A stretch of DNA of 64,000 nt from the human T2T-CHM13v2.0 reference genome, Homo sapiens (GCF_009914755.1 NC_060933.1); one strand, 5' to 3'. Positions 41,266-58,027 are shown, numbered from the stretch's first letter. Notes: generated from the sequence alone by a model not told the origin. Program-made: numbers and translations.

Positions 41266-41575
41266 TGTTGTAGGAAAATCTGGGTTCTTGTCACACAACC
41301 AGCAAAGATTAGGCTCACAAACGCTTTGAAGGGTGAGGGGGATGGAATTTATTGGGCAAAAAGGAAAAAGGAAAAGCATGCAGCAAAGTGAGAGAGGGGT
41401 TCCTGTTAACAGGACATCATCTCACAGATTGAATCCCAGGTTCCCACACAGGAACAGGAGGGACCAGGCTCCTTCCCCCTGCAAACAGCATGAACTTCCA
41501 TGGCTCCACCCTGTTCTTCCCATGCACAGGCCGGTTGGAGGTTCTCCAGGGACCCCTTTATACTTAGGTGTCTTG
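41266..41575 (-). mobile_element. ERV1 solo LTR (MER61-like)
   Basis: Reverse complement AGACACCTAAGTATAAAGGGGTCCCTGGAGAACCTCCAACCGGCCTG...GTTGTGTGACAAGAACCCAGATTTTCCTACAACA. Confidence 0.75.
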
Positions 41576-44500
41576 CCTGCCTGCCCTGCCTGCCTCCCTC
41601 CCTCCCTCTTTCGAAAAATCATTATTATTAGTTTGAGTACATACATACAAGTATCCCAGAACCTGCCAAAATGCAGTATAAATGTTACCTAAATGTCCCA
41701 TCTTGAAAGGAACTTTAGAGAATTAAACTTTAACATGGTTTTCTATCAACTGTGATTTCCTTTTTAGAGATTAGCCTACTCTTCTTACCCGAAGTTTTCA
41801 TGGTATTTTTTAAACCTTGACCTTGGAAATTCTGATTTCTACCCTGCTTGAAATAATGTAAAACTTAAAAACCCACTCACAAATTTTTGAAACTCAAAAA
41901 TCATGAGTTTGATCTGATTCACGTCTTCTACAATACAATAAATTTTTAGGTGAAAGACTGATAAGGAGGAAAATGTTGTTTCCAGGTTGGTCAGAACTTT
42001 AGGAGGATGTATTTACTGCATTTTTCTACCTATACTCATGTCAGATGTACATACATACATGAGACTAGTAAGTGAGACCTGTCAGAAGAACTCAGAGAAA
42101 CAGAGTAGCCCTTCCCTTCAACGTGGTTTCTATCAACCATGATTTCCTTTTCAGAGATTGGTCTACTCTTCTTACCTGAAGTTTTAAAAACATAAACAGA
42201 AGACCACACTCCCTGAAAACAATTGCCTGACACTGATTATTTTTTCCTGAAACACAAGTCTGTAGGAAAAAAAAAACAAAATACCCAAAAACGAAAAAAA
42301 AAATAAATAAATAAACACCACGCTCCTCATCTCAATTCTAAAGAAAAGTCTCTGCGTTGGCTTGGAATTCTGTAAGCTCAGCGTCCTCCAGGCCAGACGG
42401 AAACATGAGGCTTCAAATGTTTCTAGAGCTGGCTTGGGTCAGTCAAATAAGTCTCTCAGAAGTGGAATAATTAAGAATAAGTACTTTGAGAGTGCATTCA
42501 CATCTTTTATCACTTAGACGTAACTAACGGTTCCTTTACAGAGCCATCCTTTTTCTTTTCCTGAACGTGTAATCTGACATTCATTAGGATGAAAAAGCTT
42601 AAAATGTGTTCCTGAATGAATAGCGGTTCAGAATTCAGAAGAGGAGACCGGCTTTCACAGAAATGTGCTGATTGTTTAGTTGTAAAATAATGAGTCAAGG
42701 GAACAGGGACATATACTGTTCAGTCCAGCTCATAGCGTGTGGCTGCCAGCTCACCAAAAGAGATCACATAGTTTGGCCCGGCAAAGGACCAGACCACAGC
42801 CAGGGACTGCAGGGGTAGTGAGGAGGGCATGCGGCTGAAACATACCAGCTCCAGCTCTGCAGAGCCCAGCAGCGGGATCTGGGAGACGCTGCCGGACAAA
42901 GAGTGTTCATTACCTTCCAGCCAAACCGCTCTGTGCTCCTCGGAGCCAGCCTTCTTCTGAGCAAGGCCCTTAACACCCCTTCTTGTTGAGCTGCCTCTGC
43001 TCTCCCTGGATCCTCTTGGCTTAGCACCTCTCCAGCCCCTCCCAACTGGACCTCTCCTGGGACAGCATGTGCTCTGCATGGAATAACAAGGTTAAATGGA
43101 CAAGGCTGAATGGCCCTGTGATGGGGAGTGCCTTTAAGCCACATGACGGAAATGAAACAGGAGCCATAATGACCATGACTGGAGGAGAATCAGATTCTGG
43201 CCTGGCCTGGTTCTGTGAGATACCTTAAATCATACTTTCTGTAGCATCCCTTAAAGGTGGGTAGAGAGAAGGAGAGAGTTAAGTGTGGGTGCAGTCATCC
43301 TCAGGATGGTTGATCTCTAAATCTATTCTTGGGCAAAAGTTTAGAGAAAAGCTGAATCACTCAGCCCAGAGGAAGCCTGAGGAGGCATAAAGAAGTCTTG
43401 GAAATCCCCTGAAAAAAAGAATCAGGTAGAGTTTGATTTTTGTCTTTGTTGTCAAATTTTTGGCTCAGTCACAGTTGCAGCAACATGAGAGGTTCCAGGC
43501 AGAAAGGAGCAGCCAGTTATTAGGAGGTGGAATTTTACACATGGTAAAACCTGGTGTAGAAGCTAGAAAAAGGAGAGCAGACAGGTCTAAGGAAGTGCTC
43601 CGGTCGGGGAAATCAGAGGGGAGCCCCAGCATGGGCCAGTGGGTCACCGTTCTCAGCAAACAGGGGTATGAAACTCAGAAAGTGGTTAGGTGTACAAAAT
43701 CACCTTAATGAACCAACCTGCAGGCAGGCAGCCTCAGTGAGGTTGCTGAAGAGCTTGAGTATTGGAAGGTAAGGCAAGGGAAAGCAGTTGCTCAAAGCAG
43801 ACTCCAGGAAGCTATAAATGCTGTAATAGAAAAACAAAGCGGCAAGTCACAGACCCTGCAAGCTTTGATAAACCAGGTGATCGGCAAGAACTAAAAGCTG
43901 GAAACTGATGTCAAGTCCAGATTTAGGGAGTGGCTGGGAGTGAGACCCAAGGCAAGCTAAGCTGCAGACTTTGGTGGTTCTTCCAAACAGGAAGATCTTG
44001 ATCCAGAGGCAACTTTCACTCCAGCTAGGAAGCCTCTTAGATAAGATAAGTCTATTACTTTTTTTTTTTTTAACAACAAATATGCTATGCAAATAAGTTT
44101 TGGGAAATGATACATTATTCTCCATAACCTCTTACCTGGACTATTGCAGCAGCTTCTTACCTTGTCTCCCTGCATTTGTTCTTCCTTCCTGAAAGCCCTT
44201 TGCTCATACAGCTGCCAAAGCCATTCTTCTAAAACACAAGTCTGGTCATATCTCTCTGTCTAAATCTTTCCACTGGCTGACTATTATCATAATTTCCCAA
44301 AGTGCTTTAGTGAATACAAGTTCTGTGAAAAGCATGTGAAGTAATTAGCCAAAGAAGGATGTGTAGTCAGATAAGTTGGGAACTCTACAGGTTGCATTCC
44401 TTTTCTTAGAGGTTTCCAATGGAGATATGCATTTTAAAGTCTCTGAGAAGTCCCACAACAACTTATTGAATGGTAAATGTTTCAACAATTTGTTGAAAGT

Positions 44501-44915
44501 AATTAAAACCCAATACTTTGCAGGCAGTTTTAACCATGGGGCACCTTTTCTTTTTCTTTTTTTCCCATAAACTTTATTAACATTGATTGGAAATACTCTG
44601 AGAAATACTGAACTATGGTGGGGGGTGGGGGATCCATCTTGCTTAGCATGAAGTATATACAGGTCTTTTTGATGTGGCCTCTCCCTGTCTGTCTGTGCTG
44701 TTCATCTCTCATCAATCTTCTTCTTGGGTTTTATACTCTGGGAAAACACAGCAGACTGTTGTTCTCACACATATCACTATGTTTCAAATGTTTATTCTTT
44801 TTAATAAAAACATTTTCTTTGCATCTTCCCTAACCCTTATGAGTAAAATGTTTCTTATTTTTCAAAATCCTTTTCAGATATCACCTCCATAGGAAGCTGT
44901 CTCTCTGCTTTAGAG

Positions 44916-45138
44916 CAAGAATCAACAAACTTTTTCTGTAAAGAGCCAGATAGTGAGTATTTTAAGCCTTGAGACTCACACAGTCTCTGTTGCAACCCCT
45001 CAACTCTGCCATTGTAAAGCTATAGCAGCTACATACAATCCATACATAAACGGGCATGGCTGTGTTCCAATAAAACTTTATTTATGCACAAAGGCAGCAG
45101 GCTTGATTTGGGCATGGCCTGTAGATTATTGACCCTTG
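44916..45138 (+). mobile_element. MER58A hAT-Charlie MITE
   Basis: CAAAC.TTTTCTGTAAAGAGCCAGATAGT...GGCTGTGTTCCAATAAAACTTTATTTA...GACCCTTG; perfect 8-bp TSD CTTTAGAG at 44908-44915 and 45139-45146. Confidence 0.92.
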
Positions 45139-45316
45139 CTTTAGAGTTACACTTTATACATTTATCGCTGAGGCAAAAGTTAAGTCTCTAGATGTGAAAA
45201 TCCGTGGCTTCCAAGTGAGAGCAGTATATGGATGTAGTTAGTTAGACTGGACACAAGGTTGGTGATACAGGTGAATCTGCCTAATGTAGCATATGATACT
45301 GCTTAGAGTTATTTTA

Positions 45317-45625
45317 TTTTTAATTAATTAATTTATTTATTTTTGAGACAGTGTCTCACTCTGTCACCCAGGCTGGAGTGCAGTAGCGCAATGATAGCTC
45401 ACTGCAGCCTTGACCTCCCTGGCTCAAGTGATCCTTCCACCTCAGTCTCCCGAATATCTAGGACTACAGGTGCACACCACCACACCCAGCTAATGTATTT
45501 TTGTGTGTGAATACAGGGTTTTGCCATGTTGTCCAGGCTAATCTCAAACTCCTGGGCTTAAGCGATCCACCCACCTCCACCTCCCAAAGGGCTGGGATTA
45601 CAGGTGTGAGCCACATAGCCCAACC
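45317..45625 (-). mobile_element. AluJ
   Basis: Antisense dimer; TSD TAGAGTTATTTTA at 45304-45316 and 45626-45638. Confidence 0.93.
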
Positions 45626-46339
45626 TAGAGTTATTTTAGATTCTCGTCATCCCAGTTAACTGAAAGAACTGCCTGCTAAAGGTAAGGTAAAATTAGAGAC
45701 TCTTCTGTAATGTTGGTTTAGGAATCAGCCCTTGAAAAATATTGCTAAAGGCAAAAATGTCTATTATAAGTTGGCTGAGATATTATTTTAAGGGAAAAAT
45801 TATGTCTAAAGTGCTAAGCCTTCATTAGCTGCTTAAAGAGAAACTCTACTCTTCTGAACTGCTGTCTGGAAAATAAAGTGAACTAGAACTGGTACATTAG
45901 CAAGAGAGAAATGTAATGGGCCCAGTGAAACGTATTGCCCCATCTGGGCCACAGTGCAGGATTGGCTGATGGGGATTGTCAGTGTTTGGGGGACAAGAAC
46001 GGGGGTGAATCGGAAAGCTGGAAGAGAGGTGGATACCTGTCCTGGAATGGAAGTGACCAGAAGACATGACCAGGGGCTGTTCCTGGGGAAAATAGTAGGT
46101 AGGAATCTCTGGTTAAGTAAATTCAGGAAGTGAAATTCATTAGATGTCTGAGATTAAAACCTGACAGGAACAAACAAGCCATGGTAGGGTTTAGACAGAG
46201 GGGATTGCAAGGCATTGCATCAGAAGGCTGAATCCCTTTGTAATGGCAGAGTTTCAACTCCACAAAATGCTCCTTTTTGCCTTCTAGTCCTAACTTTCTG
46301 TATTGCCTGGTAATGGTGAAAATGGTGAATGACTAGCTA

Positions 46340-46752
46340 TACATTAAATGTTCAGGCTCCCTGTCCATGGTATCCATGGTACAGAATTATTACAGGAACC
46401 TAATTTCCCAGCCTTTCTTGCTCATAGGTGGAGCTATGAGAGTAAGTTCAGGCCAATGGAATGTAGGTGGAAATGAATTACATCTCTTGGGCCTGACCCA
46501 TAAAATCTCCCACTGGCTTCTCCACTGTTTCTCTACTCCATCTGCTGACTAGATTCGGGCAACTTCAGATATCATCTGTTAAAGGCAGCAAAGATTCTAT
46601 AAAACTCAAGTCTTTGATGGATTCTGTGGAACAGAAAGAATCCCCTATCCATTCAAACATGTAAAACTACCAACATAAACTTCTGTTGTGTTAAGCCATT
46701 GAGATTTCAGAGTTTATCTATTATGGGAGGTAGCATCTGCTTGACAAGTACA
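46340..46752 (+). mobile_element. Old MaLR LTR (MLT1I/J-like)
   Basis: GGCCAATGGAATGTAGGTGGAA...AAACTTCTGTTGTGTTAAGCCATTGAGATTT. Confidence 0.65.
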
Positions 46753-47738
46753 AGCAGAAAATGAGCATTGCTGTAATAATTAAAGGAGCTCCACTCTATA
46801 AAGCAATTCTAGATAAGAACATGGAGCCCACTGAACCAGAAAACATAAGGAAGACACGTTTCCAAATATGCCATTATTTCCAATTTTCAATAAGTGTCAC
46901 TTGCTTTAACAAATCACATTTTTGGAAATAAATTTTTATGTGTGTTACCATCTCTACTGTCAAATGAATCAACTGAAATATGACACTTCTTCTAGAAGCT
47001 TTAGGAAACAAACACCCAGAGGAATAAAAGTTTTAAAAAACGTAAAACCAAGCAAACGTGGGGAACATAGATGCCTCATTGCTCAAACCCAAAAAATGAA
47101 GTTAAGCCATTTATTTCCAGGTAGAAAATATCAGGAATAAGCCATTTGAACAATATGAGAACACAATTAGCCGGACCAATTATATTGTCTAAGGGACCGT
47201 TATCAGCAGGTTGATTTAGAAAACTACTCAATTTGCTTATCTACCTGCCAAAAAAGTCGTGGTGAAACTCATTTGAAAAGTAATTTAAATTTTTTTATTA
47301 AAAAATTTCATCTCTATTTTTTCTTCATAAAGGGGTCATTGGAACAGCATGATTCTTGAGGAAAGGTTTTCCTAGGTGAGATTATGTTTGTATCTTTATC
47401 ATGAAGAAAAAAAAACCAGAATTGTTCATAAACTATGTGATATAAAATTCAGTTTGATCATTAAAGACAAGCTGTTCAGTTATAGATAATCAATCATAGC
47501 TTATTAGGCCACTCTGGATAAACACAACTTTGAAATGTCAATTAAATAGGTTTCCTAAGATATCCATTATTATAATGACACTAAAAATTATGATCATTTT
47601 CCAGGATTGAAACAGCGTAGTGTGGTAGTTAAGAATATAATCACTTTTGTTCATCAGGACACCTTTACAGAAGCGAAAAGGCAAAAGAGAGTAATAAATG
47701 ATAATTACGGCAAAGGATTATTTGAGATATATATTTTC

Positions 47739-48105
<367 letters not shown>

Positions 48106-48153
48106 TAAAACTCAGCAAAAGATGAACAACCCAGTAGAAAAATGGGCAAAAGA

Positions 48154-48875
<722 letters not shown>

Positions 48876-49599
48876 TTATCAGAGAGATGTAAATCTAAAT
48901 CACAATATTATTATGCATCCAGCAGAAAGGCCAAAAATAAAAAGGCAAACAATACCAAGTGTTGGCGAGGATGTGAAATAACTGGACCTCTCATATGCTG
49001 CTAGTCAAAGTGTAAATTTGTATAAACACTTTGAAAACAATTTGATGTTTTCTAATAACATGAACATACACATGCCCTATGACCCAGCAATTATACTTTG
49101 AGACATATGTAATATGCTCAACAGAGAAATGTACATATGTGCACCAAAATACATGAATAAGAATCTTTATGGTAGAATTATTTTTCATAGCCCCAAACTG
49201 GAAGCTACTCAAATTTACCTCAACAGTAGAATGAACTGTAGTCTAGTCATATATTACAATACTATACAACACTAACAATAACATGGCTAATTCTTTACAC
49301 ATGGCAGGTTAACTTTTATAATCATAATGTTGAGTAAAAGAAGCCAGACCCAAAAGAAAAAATACTGTATAATTCAATTTATTAAAAAAATGAAATTAAC
49401 CTGTGGTGTTAGGAGTCAGGATAGGACTTTTTTTCTGGGAGGGGATAAAAACTAGCAGGGGCACAAATGGAGGTTCTGGGGGCTGTCATGCTCCATTTCT
49501 TGATCTGGGTGCCAAGTGGGCTTACTTTATGAAATTTATGAAAATTAACTTAGCCCCACACTTATGATTTGTGCACTTTTCTCCATGTTGATTAGAAAA

Positions 49600-49855
49600 G
49601 GAGGAAAGAGTGTAGACGTTGGTGTCAAATTGCCTGGTTTCATATTATAGCTTTACTCCTTACTAATCAATGTCCTTGGGAAATTTATTTTACCTTTCTT
49701 TGTCTCGGGTTACTCATCTGTGAAATGGGGATTATATGATTACCTTCCTTTTAGACTATTAGGAGGATAAATGTGACCATGCACCCAAAGCTCATAAAAG
49801 AGTACTGGGCACATGTTTAGCATGTAATAAGTGTCAATTGTTGTAATAATTATCA
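49600..49855 (+). mobile_element. MIR
   Basis: CTCATCTGTGAAATGGGGATTAT...GAGGATAAATG...GGCACAT. Confidence 0.7.
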
Positions 49856-51694
49856 TTAACTCTCAAGAAGACTGGTTGATAAATATTATCTTACAATGTC
49901 ACTTTTTCCAAGGTAAGAATAATTAGAATAACACAGAAAACCATTCAACATTTTTATTTTGCCTTAGTGTTTTTTAACTCCTTGACCTTCAAAAATAGGG
50001 AGTTTCTCAAAACCAACATGGACAACTCCCAAAGCAAAAAGAAAATTCATTTGAAAACTATGGTGTAGTCTGTCTCAACTAATATAAATATTATTGCCAC
50101 ACAAAGGACATCTGTAAGTAGGTACAGTGCCTGAGAAGAAGAAAAAAGATCAGGTTTCAATTATGTAAGGCATGAATTCTTATTTTAAAATGGTCAGTAA
50201 TGCAATGCTCATACCTCAAGATGGAAGGAATTAGTCAATTTATCCTTGTGTGCAATGGGGTATGATTTTTTATTATGTAGATTTTAAAATTCATTAATAA
50301 CATTTTAAATTTTTACCCTTCTGGTATACTAAGTTTTTACATCAGTATATAATCTAATATTTATAAGATCTCTACTATATTTTTGTATTAACCCCGATCT
50401 CATTTGTACACAAATTCATCCTGTGTTTGCTTTTATATAAAAAATTGGTTCAGAAAATTAAAACCCCAAACACCAATATTAGGTTAGGAAATTTAGACCA
50501 TAACTTGGACTGTTTGTAATGTTAGTAGTTGATTTAGAGCTTTTGAAACACTGGTGTCCATATTTAAAATTAGGAAATTTAGTGTTATATTTCTATACTA
50601 ACCATGAGAAACTTACAGTAAAAAAATCTCTTAGGCTTCGTGTACTTCCATCTTCCATCATTTGCACTGTGTGATAACTGTGTTTGCTTCAAAAGTTTAT
50701 AGTCTGTTACTATTTTTCACTTTCTGTCAATTTTTATTTTCTAAGTGGAAAACCTCAAGAGGAAGGGATCATGTCTGTATTGTCAATTATTATATTACCA
50801 GTGGTTAGAACAGTGCCTGGAACATAGTAAGTGTTGAGTAGATATTTCTGGTAAAAGTGAATTAGTGTGAGAATGGGAGCTGTTCAGCCAAAATTCTTAA
50901 AGGGCACATGGCTCAAAAATAATAAATTGAAAATATAAAATGAAAATAATCAGGATTTTGAGTTCAGATTGATTTGTATAGTCTGGTGCTCTAATCATAG
51001 GAAAAACAAGGAAATTACTTCAAACGGTTCACAGATGTGGGATTTTCTTCATACTCTGATCTCTTTAATGTGACTCGAATGAGAGACTTGATGTGAAATA
51101 ATCCACCAAAGGACCTTGGCTCACCAGAGAGAAGAGTGAAAGGCACCTTTTGTCTTTTATTCCAAGTCTGGAGGTGTCATCGTGGACAGACATAGGAAGG
51201 ATGGCTTCACAAAAAGTGTTTCCCCAGGGTAGGCTGTGACAGCGTGGGGCAGGGAGTGGCCAGGAGGCCCTCAGTGAGGCTCCTTCAGAACTGCCTGTCA
51301 CTTCCTATGGCAAGAAAATGTGGGCATGCTCACCAGAAGGATTTTCTGAACAAGGGCTATAGTAAAAGAAAGTTTTTTGAAATTATAATGTCTTGATATT
51401 ATCTAATTCTGGGATATTGTGTCTAATCAAGGATTTCTGGTAGATTCTAAAAGATAATTTTGGAATTATATTATCACAGTGTTTCTGGTGTCCCAGGTAG
51501 TTCCAGTTTTTCCAACAACATAACAAAGTTACTTATGACCACCCAGGTCCTCTCTTCTCTTTCCCCGTTTCCCACTCCACTTTGGAGAGAGAATCAAACA
51601 CCTATCAGAAATATGCAAAAATAGTGCACAGTGTTGCCATTTCTTTAAATTTGTTGATATTTATCCTTTTTCCCTGAAGTTTATCTTGCCCTTC

Positions 51695-52287
<593 letters not shown>

Positions 52288-52919
52288 TGAACATAATATA
52301 TGCTGTTTTTCATAGTTCAAATAATACAGATGTATATAAAGAAATGTTAATAATCTGTCTTATACCCCTCTCATCTAAGCCCCTTGAACTCAGTTAACAG
52401 CTTAATATGTAAATATCTTTCATATATTTCTCTATGCTCATAGAAAAAATGTTTATTAATATATAGGGGCTTTCCTATTTCTTAAAAAAAGAAATAACCC
52501 TATTTACATTTCTCTGCAATATTTTTTCATTTAATATAACATGGAAATCTTTCCAGGTAGATATACAGACTGTAAGTTAATATTTTAATAGACATGTAAT
52601 ACTACAAATATGAAGCTATTGTGATTTATTCAACTGTTCCCCTATTGATGGATATCCAGGTTGGTACCAGATTTTTGGTCACTGCCAATGATGCCATAAT
52701 AGCTGCACAGACACACCCATGCCACACACACCCAGTTTCATGTATTAGTCCTTTCAGTGTTTCAAGATAGATTCCCATTGTTACATTGCTGGATCAAAAG
52801 TTGCACACACTTTGAATTTAATAGATCATGTTAGGTTACCTTGCAGAAGACCGCAGCAATTCACAAACACATCAGAAATTCGTAAAAGTGTTGCTAATCA
52901 TTAAACAATAAGAAATGAA

Positions 52920-53095
52920 AAAAAATTAGCCAGGCATGGTAGTACACGCCTATAGTCCCAGTGCCTCAGGAGGCTGAGGTGAGAGGATCACTTGAGATTG
53001 AGAGGTGGAAGCTGTAGTGACCCATGATCGCACCACTGCACTCCAGCTTAGGTGACAAACCGAGACCCTGTATCAAAAAAAAAAAAAAAAAAAAA
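52920..53095 (+). mobile_element. Alu right arm (AluJ/FRAM-like)
   Basis: AAATTAGCCAGGCATGG...GAGACCCTGTATCAAAA poly(A). Confidence 0.85.
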
Positions 53096-53733
53096 GTAAA
53101 AGATATACCACTATTATTCATGTTTAAATTGTGAAATATATATGCAAAAGAGAATTTATAATACAAATGTACCATTAAAGGAGTTATTATTTTCAGAACT
53201 GTGTGCTCCCACCCAACTTGAAAAATAGTTCATATTCTAAATGAGGTTCAGCACCACCTCCCATCCTCCCTGATAGTGTTAACCCTACTCTGATTTGTTT
53301 TCTTTTCTCTTATATTTCTTCATACATTTTACCATATATGTATGTATCTGTACATAGTATGTCATTTAGTTTTGCACATTTTGAGTTTTATACACATATG
53401 TGTATAAATTATACACGTATGCATTCTGTGACTTGCTTATTCTACCTGACATTATCTTTGTGGTATTCATGTGATGTGTGTAACTATAGTTCATGGGTTT
53501 TCACTGTTTTATTATGTATGAATGCAACCTATCTCAAATTGGTGGACATTTGGGATGTTTATACATTTTTGCTATTGCAAACAGTGGCACCACGCACATT
53601 TTTGCCTATTTCCTGGTACTCATGTCCAAAAAGTTTCCTATGGCAACAGTTCTCAAACTTTTTGGTCTCAGGGACAATTTATACATTTAACAATTATTAA
53701 AGACTCCAAAGAGCTTTTGTTTATGTCAGTTTA

Positions 53734-53781
53734 TTAGGTTGGCACAGAAGTAATTGCGGTTTTTTTGCCATTACCTTTAAT
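53734..53781. mobile_element. MADE1 (Hsmar1 MITE), half element
   Basis: TTAGGTTGGCACAGAAGTAATTGCGGTTTTTTTGCCATTACCTTTAAT corresponds to one Hsmar1 TIR arm. Confidence 0.8.
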
Positions 53782-54362
53782 TTAAAAATATTTATTAATT
53801 CATTACAAACATAAACACATAACATGTGAACATAAATATTTCTAATTTAAAAACAATGTGTATTTTCCAAAATAAAAATACTTAATGAGAAGAGTGGCAT
53901 TGTTACAAGTTTTTGTAAATCTTTTTAATGTCTGGCTTAATTGAAGACAGCTGGCTTCTGTTATCAGCTTCTGCATTAGTCCTTTGTTGTTTTGGTTGAG
54001 ATGTAGGGAGAAAATCTGATCTCACACAGATATGAAATTGGAAAAGGGAGGAACATTTGAATAGCCTTTCCAGATAAGTGTGGATATTCTTGTCTGACCA
54101 AAACTTGACAAATGGTAACTTCTTAAAGGCTAGATACATTATAGAATTTGAAATAATATGAATATTTATACTCTTTTACGTTAAAATACATTGATCTGTC
54201 TTGTACTTTGAATGAACATTTTACCCATGCTTGATTTTGTAACATCGTATGTTGGTCAAAATATTGGTTAACTGGTAGTTATGCAGGTGTTCTCAATGTT
54301 GATGTAATTCTTTATACAATATCAAAAACCACATTTATTAATGTTATTACCAATCTCAATAG

Positions 54363-54563
54363 CAGGGCCAGGACTAGGGGGAGGCAACTGAAGTTGCAGA
54401 ATTAAGAAGGAACACACTCTCAGGGTCGTGTAAGTACTAACCCTGTGCTTGCGTGACCCTGTAAGTGAGGCCTCCTTTAGAATGACCTTCCTCCCCAAGA
54501 GTGAAACATCTTTAAATTTTGTGCCCAGGCATCTCTCTTGCTTTACTCCTAGGCCTGGCCCCC
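54363..54563. mobile_element. MER96-like hAT MITE
   Basis: CAGGGCCAGGACTAGGG...CTCTCAGGGTCGTG...CCTAGGCCTGGCCC palindromic structure; imperfect 8-bp TSD CTCAATAG / CTCAGGAG. Confidence 0.75.
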
Positions 54564-55630
54564 CTCAGGAGAAAAATCTCTAAGAATGGGGAAGCTGTCA
54601 TGGTCACAGTGGTACACATTTAGAAAATTCTAGAATTTTCTTAACTACTTGAATTTTATCGTTGACAACAAATAGTTGTTTACCTTAAAATGACAGGGTC
54701 ACTTTGTTCATTTTTGAGAAAATGTCTTCTAAATACCGAAGTCTGAAGATAATAGTTTGTCTGTGAGTCACACTTTAAGAAAAAATGATGTTCTATGAAA
54801 ACAAAAAACAGAAAGTGGCTAGTTCAGCTTGCAACTCAAATAATTTCACAAGTACTTTTCCTGGAGATGATCATCATGCTTCTTATTTATACACATGCTA
54901 AGGAAGTGTTTTATGCATATTTTCCATCTTGTCACACACACTATTAAAAAAGATCTGCTCAAAGGTCAAGTTTAAAAACATTAATAATATTTACTTCTTC
55001 ATCAAGGGTATTCTTAAGTGAAATTGCCTTTGGTTTTTAACTTCAAGTGTGAGGTTGGTGAAGAATACAATAACTGCTAGCACAATTTCATGCCACTGCA
55101 AATGTCAACATAGTTGTTCCAGGCTAGATGAAGGGATTTTAAAAGTTATTTGACACTTTGGGTATTTTAGCACAACCGATCTCTACTCCCTAGCATGCAC
55201 ATAAAATAAGATGTTCAATGTTTAGTTGGTGCCAATACTGGACAGATACAAGCAAAACAGTCACATTTGTAGATTCATCCATTTATACGACAAAAGTACA
55301 GTTTGACAAAGAGTAACCCAATCTTCATATTTCTAACTGAATCATTAATTCAATGAGTTACTGTTTCAGGAGAAGGTGGCAGTGTCATGAATCAATTTAC
55401 AGCTTTTTATCCAGCAGGTATTCAGCAATTCAACTGTTCCAGGCTTTATTTGTTCTCAGTTGTTGTGTGGACTCCAGCTCATGTTGTATGATGACTTTCC
55501 CTGTAATATACCTCAGGGGCTTTTTCATTTCTGGTTCAAAATGCTTTGTCAAACAATCTTTGGCTTTCGAAGTGTTTCATTTATTTTTCTTTACACTCTG
55601 ATCGATTGGTCTTAAAATGAGGCTGCAACC

Positions 55631-55975
<345 letters not shown>

Positions 55976-56239
55976 TTAAAATATTCTGTTGCCTAATACA
56001 TAAAAAGGTAAACAATTACCACCCGTACAGTGGAGGGAAGGGAAGATAGCTTCATTATATATTTTTTCTCTTTCTTTCTTTTTTTTTTTTTTTTTACAGT
56101 TTCTCTGTTTCTTTGGTGTAGATATTCTCCTTTCTATGAGTAAGACAGCTCTCTGATATGACAGTCTCATATTTTTCAGCATTGCAAGTCATAGATGGTG
56201 CAAATGTGGATTAAATAAACAAGCCCTTTAATTTCTGTT

Positions 56240-57075
56240 TTTAAAAAAATGCTGGTAAAATACACATAATGTAAAATTTGCCATCTGAACCATTTTTAAG
56301 CATTTGCTCTAGTAGGACTAAGTAAATTCACATTGTTGTGCAACCATCACCACCATCTGTTTTCAGAACTCTTTTCATTTTGCGAAACTGAAACCCGTTA
56401 AGCACTGATTTCCCACTCTCCCTCCTCCCAGCCCATAGCAAACCACCATCCCACCTTCTGTCTCTATGAATTTGACTACTGTAGGTATTTCAGAAGTGGA
56501 ATTATACAGTATTTGTGCTTTTGCGACTGGCTTATTTTACTTAGCATAAGGTCCTTGAGGTTCATCAATGTTATCACATGTGTCAGAATTTCTTCTTTTT
56601 AAAGCAGAATAGTCTTCCATTGTATGTATGTACTGCATTTGTTTGTCAATTTATCTGTCAATGGACATTTTGGTTGCTTCCGTCTTTTGGCCATCATGAA
56701 TAATGTTACCATGAACATAGGTGTAGAAATGTCTCTTTGAGCTCCTGCTTTCAAGTCTTTTGGGCATATACCCAGAAGTGGAATTGCTGCCTCAAATGGT
56801 ATTCATATTTTTAAGTTTTTGAGAAACCACCATACTGTTTTCCGTAGTAGCTGCAATATTTTACATTCTCAGCAGTAGTGCACAGAGATAAGTCTTTTCA
56901 TACCATTGCCAACATTGGTTCTTTTTTTTCTTTTTATTTTGATAGTAACCATCCTAATGGGTGTGGCGTAGTATCTCATTGAGGTTTTATCATTTTCCTG
57001 ATGATTGGTGATTTTGAGTATCCAAGTGCTTGTTGGTCTGTCTACTTTGGAGAAATATCTGTTCAATTCCTTTCA
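56240..57075 (-). mobile_element. L1MB-like 3' fragment
   Basis: CACATTGTTGTGCAACCATCACCACC...ATACCCAGAAGTGGAATTGCTG...TTTGGAGAAATATCTGTTCAA. Confidence 0.85.
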
Positions 57076-57692
57076 ATTGGACAGATATTGAAATTGACAA
57101 TTTTTAAGTGACAATGAAAAACATCACTTTTTTAACTGGATTGTTTATTATTGTTGACTAATTCCCCTTTTTAAATCCAGTGATCCGTTATCAGTATTGT
57201 AACATTTGGAAATAGTAACACTTTCACATAAAATTAAAACCTATAAAAAAGCTTTCAAAAAGAATTTTACATGCTTTTATGAAACAAGACAACAAAATAT
57301 CCTTATTCTTATTGTGTGTCTGCATAGGCACTGGGATAATTTTGGAATTTATAAATAACAATTTATTGGATGATAGAGGATAACAAGGTTTTAGAGATGA
57401 TAACAGATATAACTGAAGCTAGCTCATAAGAATGCAGTAGAATTTTGGGCATGAAATTGAGTTAATCTCTGAAACTCTACACTTTATATCCTAACTGGCT
57501 ACATTAGAAAAATTAGAGGACACATAAATATTCAAGCACAAATTCCATTAGTTGTGAGAGCAAGCATGTTTTTACACATCATGAAGCCACTCAAAACACC
57601 AATGTACAGTCATGAGAAAATGACAGTCAAAAATATAGTATTATTACAAAAATAATTCTGAACTTACAGACCCCCTAAAAGTGTCTTAGTGA

Positions 57693-58027
<335 letters not shown>

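Noticed and set aside
41266-41575. p53 response element in the MER61-like LTR
   Set aside because: Some MER61 subfamilies carry p53 sites, but I find no paired RRRCWWGYYY decamers in this copy
42720-43144. Two overlapping minus-strand ORFs (119 and 126 aa) in a GC-richer unique patch
   Set aside because: No similarity to any protein I recognise; two open frames suggest composition rather than coding. The patch may be regulatory, but I see no diagnostic motif cluster
55110-55630. Apparent processed-pseudogene-like unique insert within Charlie1
   Set aside because: Minus-strand translation gives Charlie/Buster transposase motifs (NEKA, MDEST), so it is the transposon's own coding region
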